A stretch of DNA of 64,000 nt from an uncultured Verrucomicrobiae bacterium. GTDB lineage: Bacteria > Verrucomicrobiota > Verrucomicrobiia > Chthoniobacterales > UBA10450. The notes beneath the pieces were generated by a model, which was not told the origin of the DNA, did no database searches, and worked only from the letters and a program-made list of their open reading frames with translations. The position numbers and the translations under genes were made by a program. The stretch is from the NCBI GenBank assembly GCA_963756875.1, contig CAVWPA010000001.1:320001-384000 (forward strand), read 5' to 3'. Positions 11,536 through 19,401 of this stretch are shown here, one piece after another (the stretch's first letter is position 1; every line of letters starts with the position of its first letter).

Positions 11536-11657
11536 TCCGGGGAGCGCACGCGCCTCGCGTGCCGGTTTCGGCGCCTCGCCGAAACAATCTTCGACAAAGT
11601 TCGCAACCCCGAAAGCGTTCGGGGTCGCCAGCACGCGAGGCGCGTGCGCTCCCCGGA
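11536..11657. repeat. 122-bp palindromic MITE-like element
   Basis: Perfect 27-bp inverted arms TCCGGGGAGCGCACGCGCCTCGCGTGC (11536-11562 / 11631-11657) enclosing two smaller hairpins. Confidence 0.85.
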
Positions 11658-11661
11658 GAGA

Positions 11662-12822
11662 TCAAATCGCCTCGAACGCGGTCTGCAGATCGTCAATCAA
11701 ATCGCGCAGATCTTCGACGCCAACCGACAGTCTGACCAGCGAATCGCCGATTCCAAGCGCTTCGCGTTGCTCTTTCGGCACCGACGCGTGCGTCATCAGC
11801 GCCGGATGATTGATCAAGCTTTCGACGCCGCCCAAGCTTTCCGCGAGCGAGAACAAATGTGTGTTCTCGAGGAAACGCCGGGTGCCTGCGAGATCGGTCT
11901 TCAAGACGATCGTGACCATTCCTCCAAATCCGCGCATTTGCGTGCGGGCCAGGTCGTGTTGTGGATGCGATTTGAGACCCGGATAATGGACCGATTTGAC
12001 CTCCGGGCGTTCCTCCAGCCACCGCGCGATCTCGATCGCGTTCGCGCAATGCCGCTCCATGCGGAGGGCCAGCGTCTTCAGGCTGCGCAAGACGAGAAAA
12101 CTGTCGAACGCTCCTGCAATTGCGCCCACGGAGTTTTGTAAAAAAGCAACCTGATCGCCGAGCTCTTTATTGTCGCCGACCACGATGACGCCGCCAACCA
12201 GGTCTGAGTGTCCATTCAAATATTTGGTCGCGGAATGTACGACCACGTCGAAACCCGATTCGATCGGTCGCTGGATCCATGGACTCGCGAACGTGTTGTC
12301 CGATACGGAAATGATTTCATGTTCCCGCGCGATTTTGGCGATTGCCTCCAGATCGATCAGTTTCAGCAACGGGTTGCTCGGCGTCTCCACCCAAACCATT
12401 CGCGTGTTCGGCTTGATCGCGCTCTCCAACCGGCTCGCATCGGTCAGGTCGACAAATGTGAAATCGAGGTTCGCTGAGCGGCGCCGGACTTTTTCGAATA
12501 ACCGAAACGTCCCGCCGTAAAGATCGTCGCTCGCGACGATGTGCGAACCGCTGTCGATCAGCTCGAGCGCGGTGGCCATGGCGGCGAGTCCGGACGCAAA
12601 AGCGAATCCGCGCGTGCCGCTTTCCAGATCGGCGATGCATTTTTCGTATGCGAGGCGCGTTGGATTGATCGATCGCGAGTAATCGTAGCCTTTATGTTTG
12701 CCCGGGCTTTGCTGCACGTACGTGGATGTCGCGTAAATAGGAGTCATGATCGCACCGGTGGAGGGATCGGGCGCCTGGCCGGCGTGAATCGCGCGAGTGG
12801 CAAATTCGTGTTCCTTCTTCAT
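11662..12822 (-). CDS. Cystathionine gamma-lyase/gamma-synthase (Cys/Met metabolism PLP enzyme)
   Basis: YSRSINPT, FASGLAA, ETPSNP, HSATKYLNGHSD, LAESLGGVESL, RLSVGVED. Its position next to CBS favours gamma-lyase. Confidence 0.92.
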   Translation of the reverse strand: MKKEHEFATRAIHAGQAPDPSTGAIMTPIYATSTYVQQSPGKHKGYDYSRSINPTRLAYEKCIADLESGTRGFAFASGLAAMATALELIDSGSHIVASDDLYGGTFRLFEKVRRRSANLDFTFVDLTDASRLESAIKPNTRMVWVETPSNPLLKLIDLEAIAKIAREHEIISVSDNTFASPWIQRPIESGFDVVVHSATKYLNGHSDLVGGVIVVGDNKELGDQVAFLQNSVGAIAGAFDSFLVLRSLKTLALRMERHCANAIEIARWLEERPEVKSVHYPGLKSHPQHDLARTQMRGFGGMVTIVLKTDLAGTRRFLENTHLFSLAESLGGVESLINHPALMTHASVPKEQREALGIGDSLVRLSVGVEDLRDLIDDLQTAFEAI

Positions 12823-12902
12823 GTCGGTTTATTTTGACCGCGGGTTGCGCGGGTTAAGAAAGATAATTTCGATCAGTGTCATCCGCGCGGTGCGCGGTTC
12901 TC

Positions 12903-14360
12903 TTACATGAATTCGCGTTCGACCGGGGCCGCGGACTTGGGCATATGCCGCCGCAGATACGAAAGTAGATCGGTGCGCGTGATCAGGCCGAGGAATTTGT
13001 CGGCGGCCATGACGATTGCGACGCGGCCGCGATCGAAAACCTGCAGCAAATCCTTGATGTTCGCGTCGGGCGCAAGCGTTTCAAGCCGGTCGGTCATCGC
13101 GCTTTTCACCGGGTCGTTAAAATGGGTCGAATCGCGGTGCACTTTTACCAGCAAATCGGATTCGTCGATAATGCCGATTGGTCGTCCCTTTTGATCAACC
13201 ACCGGAAGTTGCGAGACGTCGGCGCCGTGCATGCGCTTGAATGCAGTCAGCAATGTGTCATCGGGCCCGATCGTAATCACTTCGCCGGCTTCGTAGCGAT
13301 GCATGATGAGATCGCTCAAATCGCCGTGGGGCAGGCGACGCATGAAACCTTGTTCGGTCATCCAGAAATCGTTGTACATCTTCGAGAGGTACTTGTTGCC
13401 GGTGTCGGGAACGAAACTCACAACGCGTTTCGGCTGCATTTGTTTGCGGCAATAACGGAGCGCGGCCGCCACCAGTGTGCCGGTGGATGAGCCGCCGAAA
13501 ATTCCCTCCTTGCGCAACAGCTCCCGTGCGGTGGCGAAGCTTTCTTCATCATCAATTTCAAACGCGTCTGTCACCAGCGACATGTCCGCGATGTCGGGAA
13601 CAAAATCCTCGCCAATGCCTTCGATAGTCCAACTTCCCGCTTCCACCAGCTTCCCGGTCTTCACGTATTCGAAAAGAATCGAGCCGGTCGGGTCCGCCAG
13701 AATCATCTCGATTCCGCGGCGGGGTTTGACGCGGTTGAAGAACCGTCCAAGCCCGGTGAGCGTTCCGCCCGAGCCAACGCCAACCACGATGGCATCGACG
13801 TCGTGCCGCATTTGCTCCCAAATCTCCGGACCGGTGCTGCGCTCGTGGGCGAGGGGATTCGCCGGATTGCCGAACTGGTTCACGTAAAAAGCGCCGGGGA
13901 TCTCTTCCGCCAGGCGCGCGGCAATGTCCTGGTAATATTCCGGATGACCGCGCGTTACGTCGGAACGTGTCAGAACAACTTCGGCGCCGAGCGCTTTGAC
14001 ATGCGAAATCTTTTCCTGCGACATCTTGTCCGGAATCACCAGCAGCACGCGGTAACCCTTCGCGCCCGCGACCAGCGCAAGTCCGAGCCCCGTGTTGCCG
14101 GCGGTCGCTTCGATCACGGTTCCGCCGGGATGCAATTTTCCGTCCCGTTCGGCCGCTTCAATCATCGTCAGCGCAACGCGGTCCTTGATCGAGCCAGTCG
14201 GGTTTTGATTTTCGAGTTTAAGAAAAAGCTGACACGGTCCGGTGTCGATCTGCGTGATCTCAACCAGAGGGGTGTCGCCAATCAGCGAAAGGATCGCTGG
14301 CGGTTTTTTCTCACTTGTTGGGGGAGCGGGCGGGACTTCGAGCATATTCGGTCCTGTCAT
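12903..14360 (-). CDS. Cystathionine beta-synthase with a C-terminal CBS-domain pair
   Basis: KLENQNPTGSIKDR, ATAGNTG, GVGSGGT, IEGIGEDF, KYLSK, plus Bateman domain. Start at ATG 14360 overlaps the upstream stop (ATGA). Confidence 0.92.
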   Translation of the reverse strand: MTGPNMLEVPPAPPTSEKKPPAILSLIGDTPLVEITQIDTGPCQLFLKLENQNPTGSIKDRVALTMIEAAERDGKLHPGGTVIEATAGNTGLGLALVAGAKGYRVLLVIPDKMSQEKISHVKALGAEVVLTRSDVTRGHPEYYQDIAARLAEEIPGAFYVNQFGNPANPLAHERSTGPEIWEQMRHDVDAIVVGVGSGGTLTGLGRFFNRVKPRRGIEMILADPTGSILFEYVKTGKLVEAGSWTIEGIGEDFVPDIADMSLVTDAFEIDDEESFATARELLRKEGIFGGSSTGTLVAAALRYCRKQMQPKRVVSFVPDTGNKYLSKMYNDFWMTEQGFMRRLPHGDLSDLIMHRYEAGEVITIGPDDTLLTAFKRMHGADVSQLPVVDQKGRPIGIIDESDLLVKVHRDSTHFNDPVKSAMTDRLETLAPDANIKDLLQVFDRGRVAIVMAADKFLGLITRTDLLSYLRRHMPKSAAPVEREFM

Positions 14361-14860
14361 TGTATCGAAGGTTCGCCCTTGTGCGACCACTCCGATTTGC
14401 TGTCCTCGAGAAACTGCTGAAGCATCGGAAAACGGACTTCGCCATAATTAAGCGCGTAGCGAAGATCGCCACCCTTAAAAATCCAGGTCGTCGGGATCCA
14501 GGAGACGGGCAGACCGGCGAATTGTTTGATGTGATTGCTTCCTCGCGGGCCCGGATCCGCCAGAATCGTCACGTTCGGTTGATCGGCTATTCCGAATTTT
14601 TTTAACATCGCAAGGCCATCCTCGCCGTAGTTCCAGACTGAAACGAAATAGAATTTCACCTGCGGGTTGTCTTTTACTATTTTTGTCCAGCCGCCGCTTT
14701 TTAATTCGGCCTGGCAATTGGAACACCAGGGCGCCCAAAGATGAACGACGGTAAGATTGGGTGCCTTGATGGCATCAGCGACTTTTTGCTCGGCGGGCGA
14801 TTCCGCATGCAGCGTAGTCGCAATCAGGGCCGCCAGGATTGACAAGCGTAAGATTGGCAT
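14357..14860 (-). CDS. Exported TlpA/thioredoxin-like protein
   Basis: Signal peptide; WAPWCSNC; cis-Pro motif WIPTT. Confidence 0.8.
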   Translation of the reverse strand: MPILRLSILAALIATTLHAESPAEQKVADAIKAPNLTVVHLWAPWCSNCQAELKSGGWTKIVKDNPQVKFYFVSVWNYGEDGLAMLKKFGIADQPNVTILADPGPRGSNHIKQFAGLPVSWIPTTWIFKGGDLRYALNYGEVRFPMLQQFLEDSKSEWSHKGEPSIQ

Positions 14861-15009
14861 GTTGTCGGTAACGTAAGGGGAAAACGCTCAACGCTCAACG
14901 CCCAACGCTCAATGTCGAAATGGAGGGATACGCGCCGTCGTGTCCCAAATATATTTGGCAGCCGCCAGCCCCAGGCTTCCTCCAGGGGGTAGTGTCCTAA
15001 TTTGAACGG

Positions 15010-16467
15010 CTAAGCGTAGTACGGGACGTACTTTGCGAATTTTCTCGATTTGTTTGCCGGATCGACCTGCCTAATAAACTTATTATCCAGCGCCTCCTGT
15101 ATTAGCACAGAGACCATTGACCGCTGCCTTTCCGGCATTTTGAGCCGTTCCCGCAAGGATGTATTCGTCATCCAGCTATCGGACAGATATTTCAAAATCG
15201 TGTGTTGGCGACAAGCTTCCAGCCGTTCACGAGCCGACATTTGCGCGAAAGTGCGGGGCGAATAGAGCGTAACTTTGAAGTAATTGGAACCAGCAGAAAA
15301 TTCCATCGGCGGAAGCCCGTAAAGTTCCACTTCAATTCCCGCCTTGAACAATCCTGAGCCACGTTCTTCACAAATCTTATAGCGCCTAAATCCTTTCGCT
15401 AATTGTTCATTTCTCGATTCCGGCTGCGTTCCGATAAGACGATCTAATTGTTTGGATGGAAGCAACCCGCCGGGATTAGACATTTCTATGCGGTCATCAA
15501 AGATTTCAACCAAAGGCCCAGCTCCACTAATTGAGAAATCTTGGTGAATCAGTGCGTTGGCGAGAAGTTCTCGCAAGGCGATTTCGGGATAAACAGTTCG
15601 CTTTCTTCTTAGCGCGCTCTCGATGACTTCACTTTGTGGCAAAAGAGACATTATGTAGGCCAAAATGCCGGGAAATCCGACGGCGTATCCTATTTTCCCC
15701 TCTCGTTCATGTTTGGTCTTGGCTTTGTTTAAGCCGTCATAGACGACCACCCGAATCGCTTTTCGACTGAGGTCTTCAAAATCGGAAAACTTACGGGCAG
15801 CCGCTATTGCCCCAAGATTCGTGACGTATCCTCCCCCCGAAGGCTCCCTGACAATGAATTTTTCGCCCGCCAACCACTCAATCATTTGATCTTCCGTCGT
15901 GGGAATCGGTCTCTCGGAGATTTTTAGAATGGGCTCAGCATCCAAACGCGCAATCAGTTCGGCGTCTGTCAGTAATAGCGAAGCGCGCAATTCCTCCCAT
16001 CGTGGAGTTCGACTGTGCAGCATCAACGTCCCGATTTCTTGACGCGATGCCTTCCGCGTCGTTCCTCCAGAACGAATGAAGGCCTCGTCTAAACCCTTTC
16101 CTCGCAAGTGAACCGGTTTAACGGGCGATTCAGGTATGAAAATTACCAACAGGCGAACCGATTCGTACGCATCCACTCCATGATCGAGTGCAAGAGGCGG
16201 TTCCACGGCATTACGACCAAGATTAGTCAGTTGAGTGGTCGTTTTCTGAATGGCATCTTCGTCGATCCCTATCGGAGTACCGGAGGGATCAATTCCATAA
16301 ACCAAAAAACCACCGCCCGGATGATTGGAGAACGCTGACAGGTGTTCTGTAAGCCGCTTCTTGTCAGGAGATAGGGCGGCCTTCCAATCCAATTCGTTCA
16401 GCTCGTGTCTCGGAGTGTCTAGGCTGACGTACAGTAATTCTAAAGCCCTAGACATCCACGCTTTCAT
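15010..16467 (-). CDS. Schlafen/AlbA_2 + HATPase_c_4 + winged-HTH protein (IS cargo)
   Basis: ELNELDWK...LSAFSNHPGGGFLVYGID (AlbA_2); YPEIALRELLANALIHQDF...NPGGL...RNEQLA...EERGSG (HATPase_c_4); C-terminal MTNTSLRERL HTH. Confidence 0.85.
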   Translation of the reverse strand: MKAWMSRALELLYVSLDTPRHELNELDWKAALSPDKKRLTEHLSAFSNHPGGGFLVYGIDPSGTPIGIDEDAIQKTTTQLTNLGRNAVEPPLALDHGVDAYESVRLLVIFIPESPVKPVHLRGKGLDEAFIRSGGTTRKASRQEIGTLMLHSRTPRWEELRASLLLTDAELIARLDAEPILKISERPIPTTEDQMIEWLAGEKFIVREPSGGGYVTNLGAIAAARKFSDFEDLSRKAIRVVVYDGLNKAKTKHEREGKIGYAVGFPGILAYIMSLLPQSEVIESALRRKRTVYPEIALRELLANALIHQDFSISGAGPLVEIFDDRIEMSNPGGLLPSKQLDRLIGTQPESRNEQLAKGFRRYKICEERGSGLFKAGIEVELYGLPPMEFSAGSNYFKVTLYSPRTFAQMSARERLEACRQHTILKYLSDSWMTNTSLRERLKMPERQRSMVSVLIQEALDNKFIRQVDPANKSRKFAKYVPYYA

Positions 16468-16545
16468 GGCGATTTCTACTTAAATAACAAGTGCCTGAAT
16501 ATCAGTATGTTATACATCTATCCAATGAATCAGTTAATTAAGATT

Positions 16546-16719
16546 TCAGACCTGCTTTTGAGCGACCGACAGTAGCGCACCGCGAATCCAATCTGACAGA
16601 TTCTTGCTCTGATTCGCGGCAGCTTTTTCGACGAGCGCCCGCTCATCGGAGCGCAACCGAACACCTGTAATCCGCCCCTTTTTCTCGCTCTTTTTTAGCT
16701 TCGGACGACCAGTCTTCAT
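16546..16719 (-). CDS. Small ribbon-helix-helix DNA-binding protein (MobC/DUF1778-like)
   Basis: MKTGRPK...ITGVRLRSDERALVEKAA...NLSDWIRGALL fits a strand-helix-helix pattern. Confidence 0.65.
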   Translation of the reverse strand: MKTGRPKLKKSEKKGRITGVRLRSDERALVEKAAANQSKNLSDWIRGALLSVAQKQV

Positions 16720-16721
16720 TT

Positions 16722-16765
16722 TGTTTAACAAAAAGTCTTGCAAGAAAAATACTTTCTGTTAAACA
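16722..16765. promoter_or_regulatory. Inverted-repeat operator between the divergent RHH and transposase-remnant genes
   Basis: TGTTTAACAAAAAGT (16722-16736) / ACTTTCTGTTAAACA (16751-16765), 14 of 15 complementary, flanking a TTGCAA -35-like box. Confidence 0.55.
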
Positions 16766-16787
16766 TTAAGTCAATTAGAAAGTCACT

Positions 16788-17078
16788 ATGGCAAATAAAT
16801 TGAGCGTTGATGAAAAAGTTTCTGCGATCGGGATGCTCTGCGAAGGCAACAGCATCCGAAGCGTTGAACGAATGACTGGCATTCACCGCGATACGGTAAT
16901 AGGAATGGTCGAAACATTCGATCTTGATGGACATCCCAAAGCCAAGCGTTGCTATGCCTTTTTGATGAAGGATGAAAAAGACCCCGCGCGTGCCGGTGAA
17001 ATGGTTTTGGAGCTTCCGCCGGTTGGTTCGCCAGAAAGTGCCGTTCAGGTTGCGATTGCGAATAAGGCGAGAAAATGA
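16788..17078 (+). pseudogene. IS1-family transposase N-terminal HTH fused to an unrelated small domain (deletion chimera)
   Basis: MANKLSVDEKVSAIGMLCEGNSIRSVERMTGIHRDTV resembles IS1-type transposase N-termini. It switches abruptly to ETFDLDGHPKAKRCYAF; no DDE domain follows. Confidence 0.7.
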
Positions 17079-17323
17079 AAGCCCTGTTCGATTACGCCGC
17101 TTTGTTCCTGATCACTGGGTTTCCTGGGTATCTATTCTGCCTCGTCTTAATTAGTTGCTACGACACGCACCACCCAGTTATCGGGTTTCCCGTCCCGAGA
17201 GACGCTGAGGAATGGAACTCATATAGACGTGAGTGTAAGCGATTGATGAACAAATATGCCGCGTATGGCGGGATCTGGATTGGCGTAATTGCCATGATAT
17301 TAGCGAGATCATTTTCAAATTAG
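17075..17323 (+). CDS. Small two-TM hypothetical membrane protein (IS cargo)
   Basis: 82 aa with two hydrophobic segments; ATGA overlap with the upstream ORF; its TAG stop lies inside the right TIR. Confidence 0.5.
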   Translation: MKALFDYAALFLITGFPGYLFCLVLISCYDTHHPVIGFPVPRDAEEWNSYRRECKRLMNKYAAYGGIWIGVIAMILARSFSN

Positions 17324-17347
17324 GACACTACCCTCCAGGGAGGCGAG

Positions 17348-17376
17348 TTGACCTCCACATGGAAAACGCCTAGTGT
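17348..17376 (+). promoter_or_regulatory. Sigma70-type promoter of rpsA
   Basis: TTGACC - 17 nt - TAGTGT, followed by a structured GC-rich leader. Confidence 0.6.
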
Positions 17377-17463
17377 GGCGTCCCCGTTTCCGTAGCTTAG
17401 CTGCGCGGAAATATCGACCCCGCCGGGGCGGGGTCGCGTGCCCGAAGGAGGCCTTTTTTAATT

Positions 17464-19221
17464 ATGGTGCAAATGCAGGATGTAATGTCGAAACCGATGC
17501 CGGAGTTCCGTGAAGGCAGCATCGTTAAAGGACGAATTCTCGAAGTTCGTCCGCGCGAAGTGCTGGTGGACATCGGTTACAAATCGGAAGGTGTGATTCC
17601 AATCTCGGAATTCGAGGACGTGCAGAATCTGGACGTGGGCGACGAAGTGGACGTGTTGCTGGAGCGCCTGGAGAACGATGAGGGCATGGTTGTGCTTTCG
17701 AAGGAGAAAGCCGCCTATCGCCAGAATTGGAACAAGATCACCGGCGTCTTCGAGGGCGACGGCCTCATCAAAGGCAAGGTGAAATCCGTCGTCAAAGGCG
17801 GCCTCATGGTCAACATCGGCGTGGAAGCCTTTTTGCCCGCGTCGCAGATCGACATCGTGCCGCCGAAAGATTTGCAGCAGTTCGTTGGCAACACGTACGA
17901 TTTTAAGATCGTCAAGATTAACGACGATCGCCGCAATGTGGTGTTGAGCCGGCGCGAGCTGATCGAGCAGGAGCGGAGCGAGAAGCGCCAGAAATTCATG
18001 GAAAGCGTGAACGTCGGCGACCGCGTGACGGGCACGGTGAAAAATCTCACCGATTTCGGCGCGTTCATCGACCTCGACGGCATGGACGGCCTGTTGCATA
18101 TCACGGACATGACCTGGGGCCGGCTCGGCCATCCGAGCGAGCTCGTCAAAGTCGGTCAGCAGCTCGAAGTCGTTGTGCTCGACATTAATAAGGAAAAAGA
18201 GCGCGTCTCGCTGGGCCTTAAACAAACCCAGAAAAATCCGTGGGATCAGATTGAGGAACGGTTCCCGGCGGGCCAGAAGGTCAAAGGCAAGATCACAAAC
18301 CTTGTCCCGTACGGAGCGTTTGTGGAACTGGAAGAGGGCGTGGAAGGCCTCATCCACGTTTCGGAGCTTTCGTGGACGAAACGAATCATGCGCCCGTCCG
18401 ATATTTTGAGCGCCGGCCAGGAAGTGGAAGCCGTTGTCCTCGGTGTAAACAAAGAGGAACAAAAGATCTCGCTTGGCCTGCGTCAGCTCGAACCGAATCC
18501 ATGGGATGAAATCGAGAAGAAATTTACCATCGGCAGCAGGGTGAAGGGCAAGATACGCAACATGACCGCGTACGGCGCGTTCGTGGAGCTCGATGAAGGG
18601 ATCGACGGGATGATTCACGTCTCCGACCTGAGTTGGACGCGCAAGATCAATCACCCCAGCGAAGTCTTTAAGAAAGGCGACGAAGTCGAAGCGGAAGTCA
18701 TCGACATCGACAAAACCAATCAACGGATCAGCCTCGGTATTAAACAACTGACCGAAGACCCGTGGAAGACGATCGATGAGAAATACAAGATCGGCGACCT
18801 GGTGAAGGGGAAGGTGACGAAGCTCGCCAGTTTCGGCGCGTTCGTGCAATTGCAGGACGACATCGACGGGCTCGTTCACATCTCGCAGTTGAGCGAGGAC
18901 CACGTCGCGAAAGTGAAAGACATTCTCAAGGTCGGCCAGGAAGTCGAAGCGCGCGTGATCAAGGTGGACAAACTCGAGCGCCGTATCGGCCTCTCGATCA
19001 AGGCCGCCAATTACACTGAGGAACAATTGCGCAAGGAAGCCGAGACGTTCGATACGCTGCGTCCGGGCGAAGACATGGTCGGTTTGGAGAAAGCTTTCGC
19101 CGCTGCCGAGCAGGAAGAATATCGCCCCGGCGAATCGAAGAAGACTGCCAAGGAACCGAAAGAGGCGAAAGAGCCGAAAGAGCCGAAGGAACCCAAGCGC
19201 GAGAAGAAGGCGAAGAAATAA
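17464..19221 (+). CDS. rpsA: 30S ribosomal protein S1
   Basis: Six S1 repeats (VDIGYKSEG, AFLPASQ, FGAFIDL..DGLLHITD, YGAFVEL..EGLIHVSE) and a Lys/Glu/Pro tail. Confidence 0.98.
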   Translation: MVQMQDVMSKPMPEFREGSIVKGRILEVRPREVLVDIGYKSEGVIPISEFEDVQNLDVGDEVDVLLERLENDEGMVVLSKEKAAYRQNWNKITGVFEGDGLIKGKVKSVVKGGLMVNIGVEAFLPASQIDIVPPKDLQQFVGNTYDFKIVKINDDRRNVVLSRRELIEQERSEKRQKFMESVNVGDRVTGTVKNLTDFGAFIDLDGMDGLLHITDMTWGRLGHPSELVKVGQQLEVVVLDINKEKERVSLGLKQTQKNPWDQIEERFPAGQKVKGKITNLVPYGAFVELEEGVEGLIHVSELSWTKRIMRPSDILSAGQEVEAVVLGVNKEEQKISLGLRQLEPNPWDEIEKKFTIGSRVKGKIRNMTAYGAFVELDEGIDGMIHVSDLSWTRKINHPSEVFKKGDEVEAEVIDIDKTNQRISLGIKQLTEDPWKTIDEKYKIGDLVKGKVTKLASFGAFVQLQDDIDGLVHISQLSEDHVAKVKDILKVGQEVEARVIKVDKLERRIGLSIKAANYTEEQLRKEAETFDTLRPGEDMVGLEKAFAAAEQEEYRPGESKKTAKEPKEAKEPKEPKEPKREKKAKK

Positions 19222-19245
19222 CTTCGTCAGCTCCGAGGATTTTTC

Positions 19246-19345
19246 AGCCCGCGAATTACGCTAATTGATGCGAATCAAATGAAAAGTGCGAGGCCGCCGG
19301 TCCTTGCTCTTCCGTATTCGCGTTGATTTGCGTCATTCGTGGGCT
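19246..19345. repeat. Imperfect inverted repeat with ~9-nt periodic arms
   Basis: agcccgcgaattacgctaattgatgcgaat / attcgcgttgatttgcgtcattcgtgggct; similar design at 12836-12900. Confidence 0.65.
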
Positions 19346-19401
19346 CGACTTTTGTTCGGTTTGTTTTCTCCGTGATTTCGCGGACTTTTCGCGGATTGAG
19401 A

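Larger units (their letters stand above)
14988..17332. mobile_element. IS1-family-derived non-autonomous transposon with passenger genes
   Basis: Perfect 19-bp TIRs GGTAGTGTCCTAATTTGAA (14988-15006) / TTCAAATTAGGACACTACC (17314-17332). 8-bp direct repeat CTCCAGGG on both flanks (14980-14987, 17333-17340). Interior is more AT-rich and holds a transposase N-terminal remnant. Confidence 0.88.

Noticed and set aside
14988..17332. Prophage or integron cassette interpretation of the AT-richer island
   Set aside because: No phage genes, integrase or attC pattern; TIR plus TSD explain the boundaries.
17458..19026. 522-aa antisense ORF over rpsA, and similar long antisense ORFs (e.g. 48894-49796, 51110-52069, 46622-47524)
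   Set aside because: Shadow ORFs expected from GC-rich codon bias; no recognisable motifs.
19138..19218. 9-nt tandem repeat at the rpsA 3' end as a contingency locus
   Set aside because: In-frame degenerate (KEP)n coding repeat forming a low-complexity tail; no frame effect.
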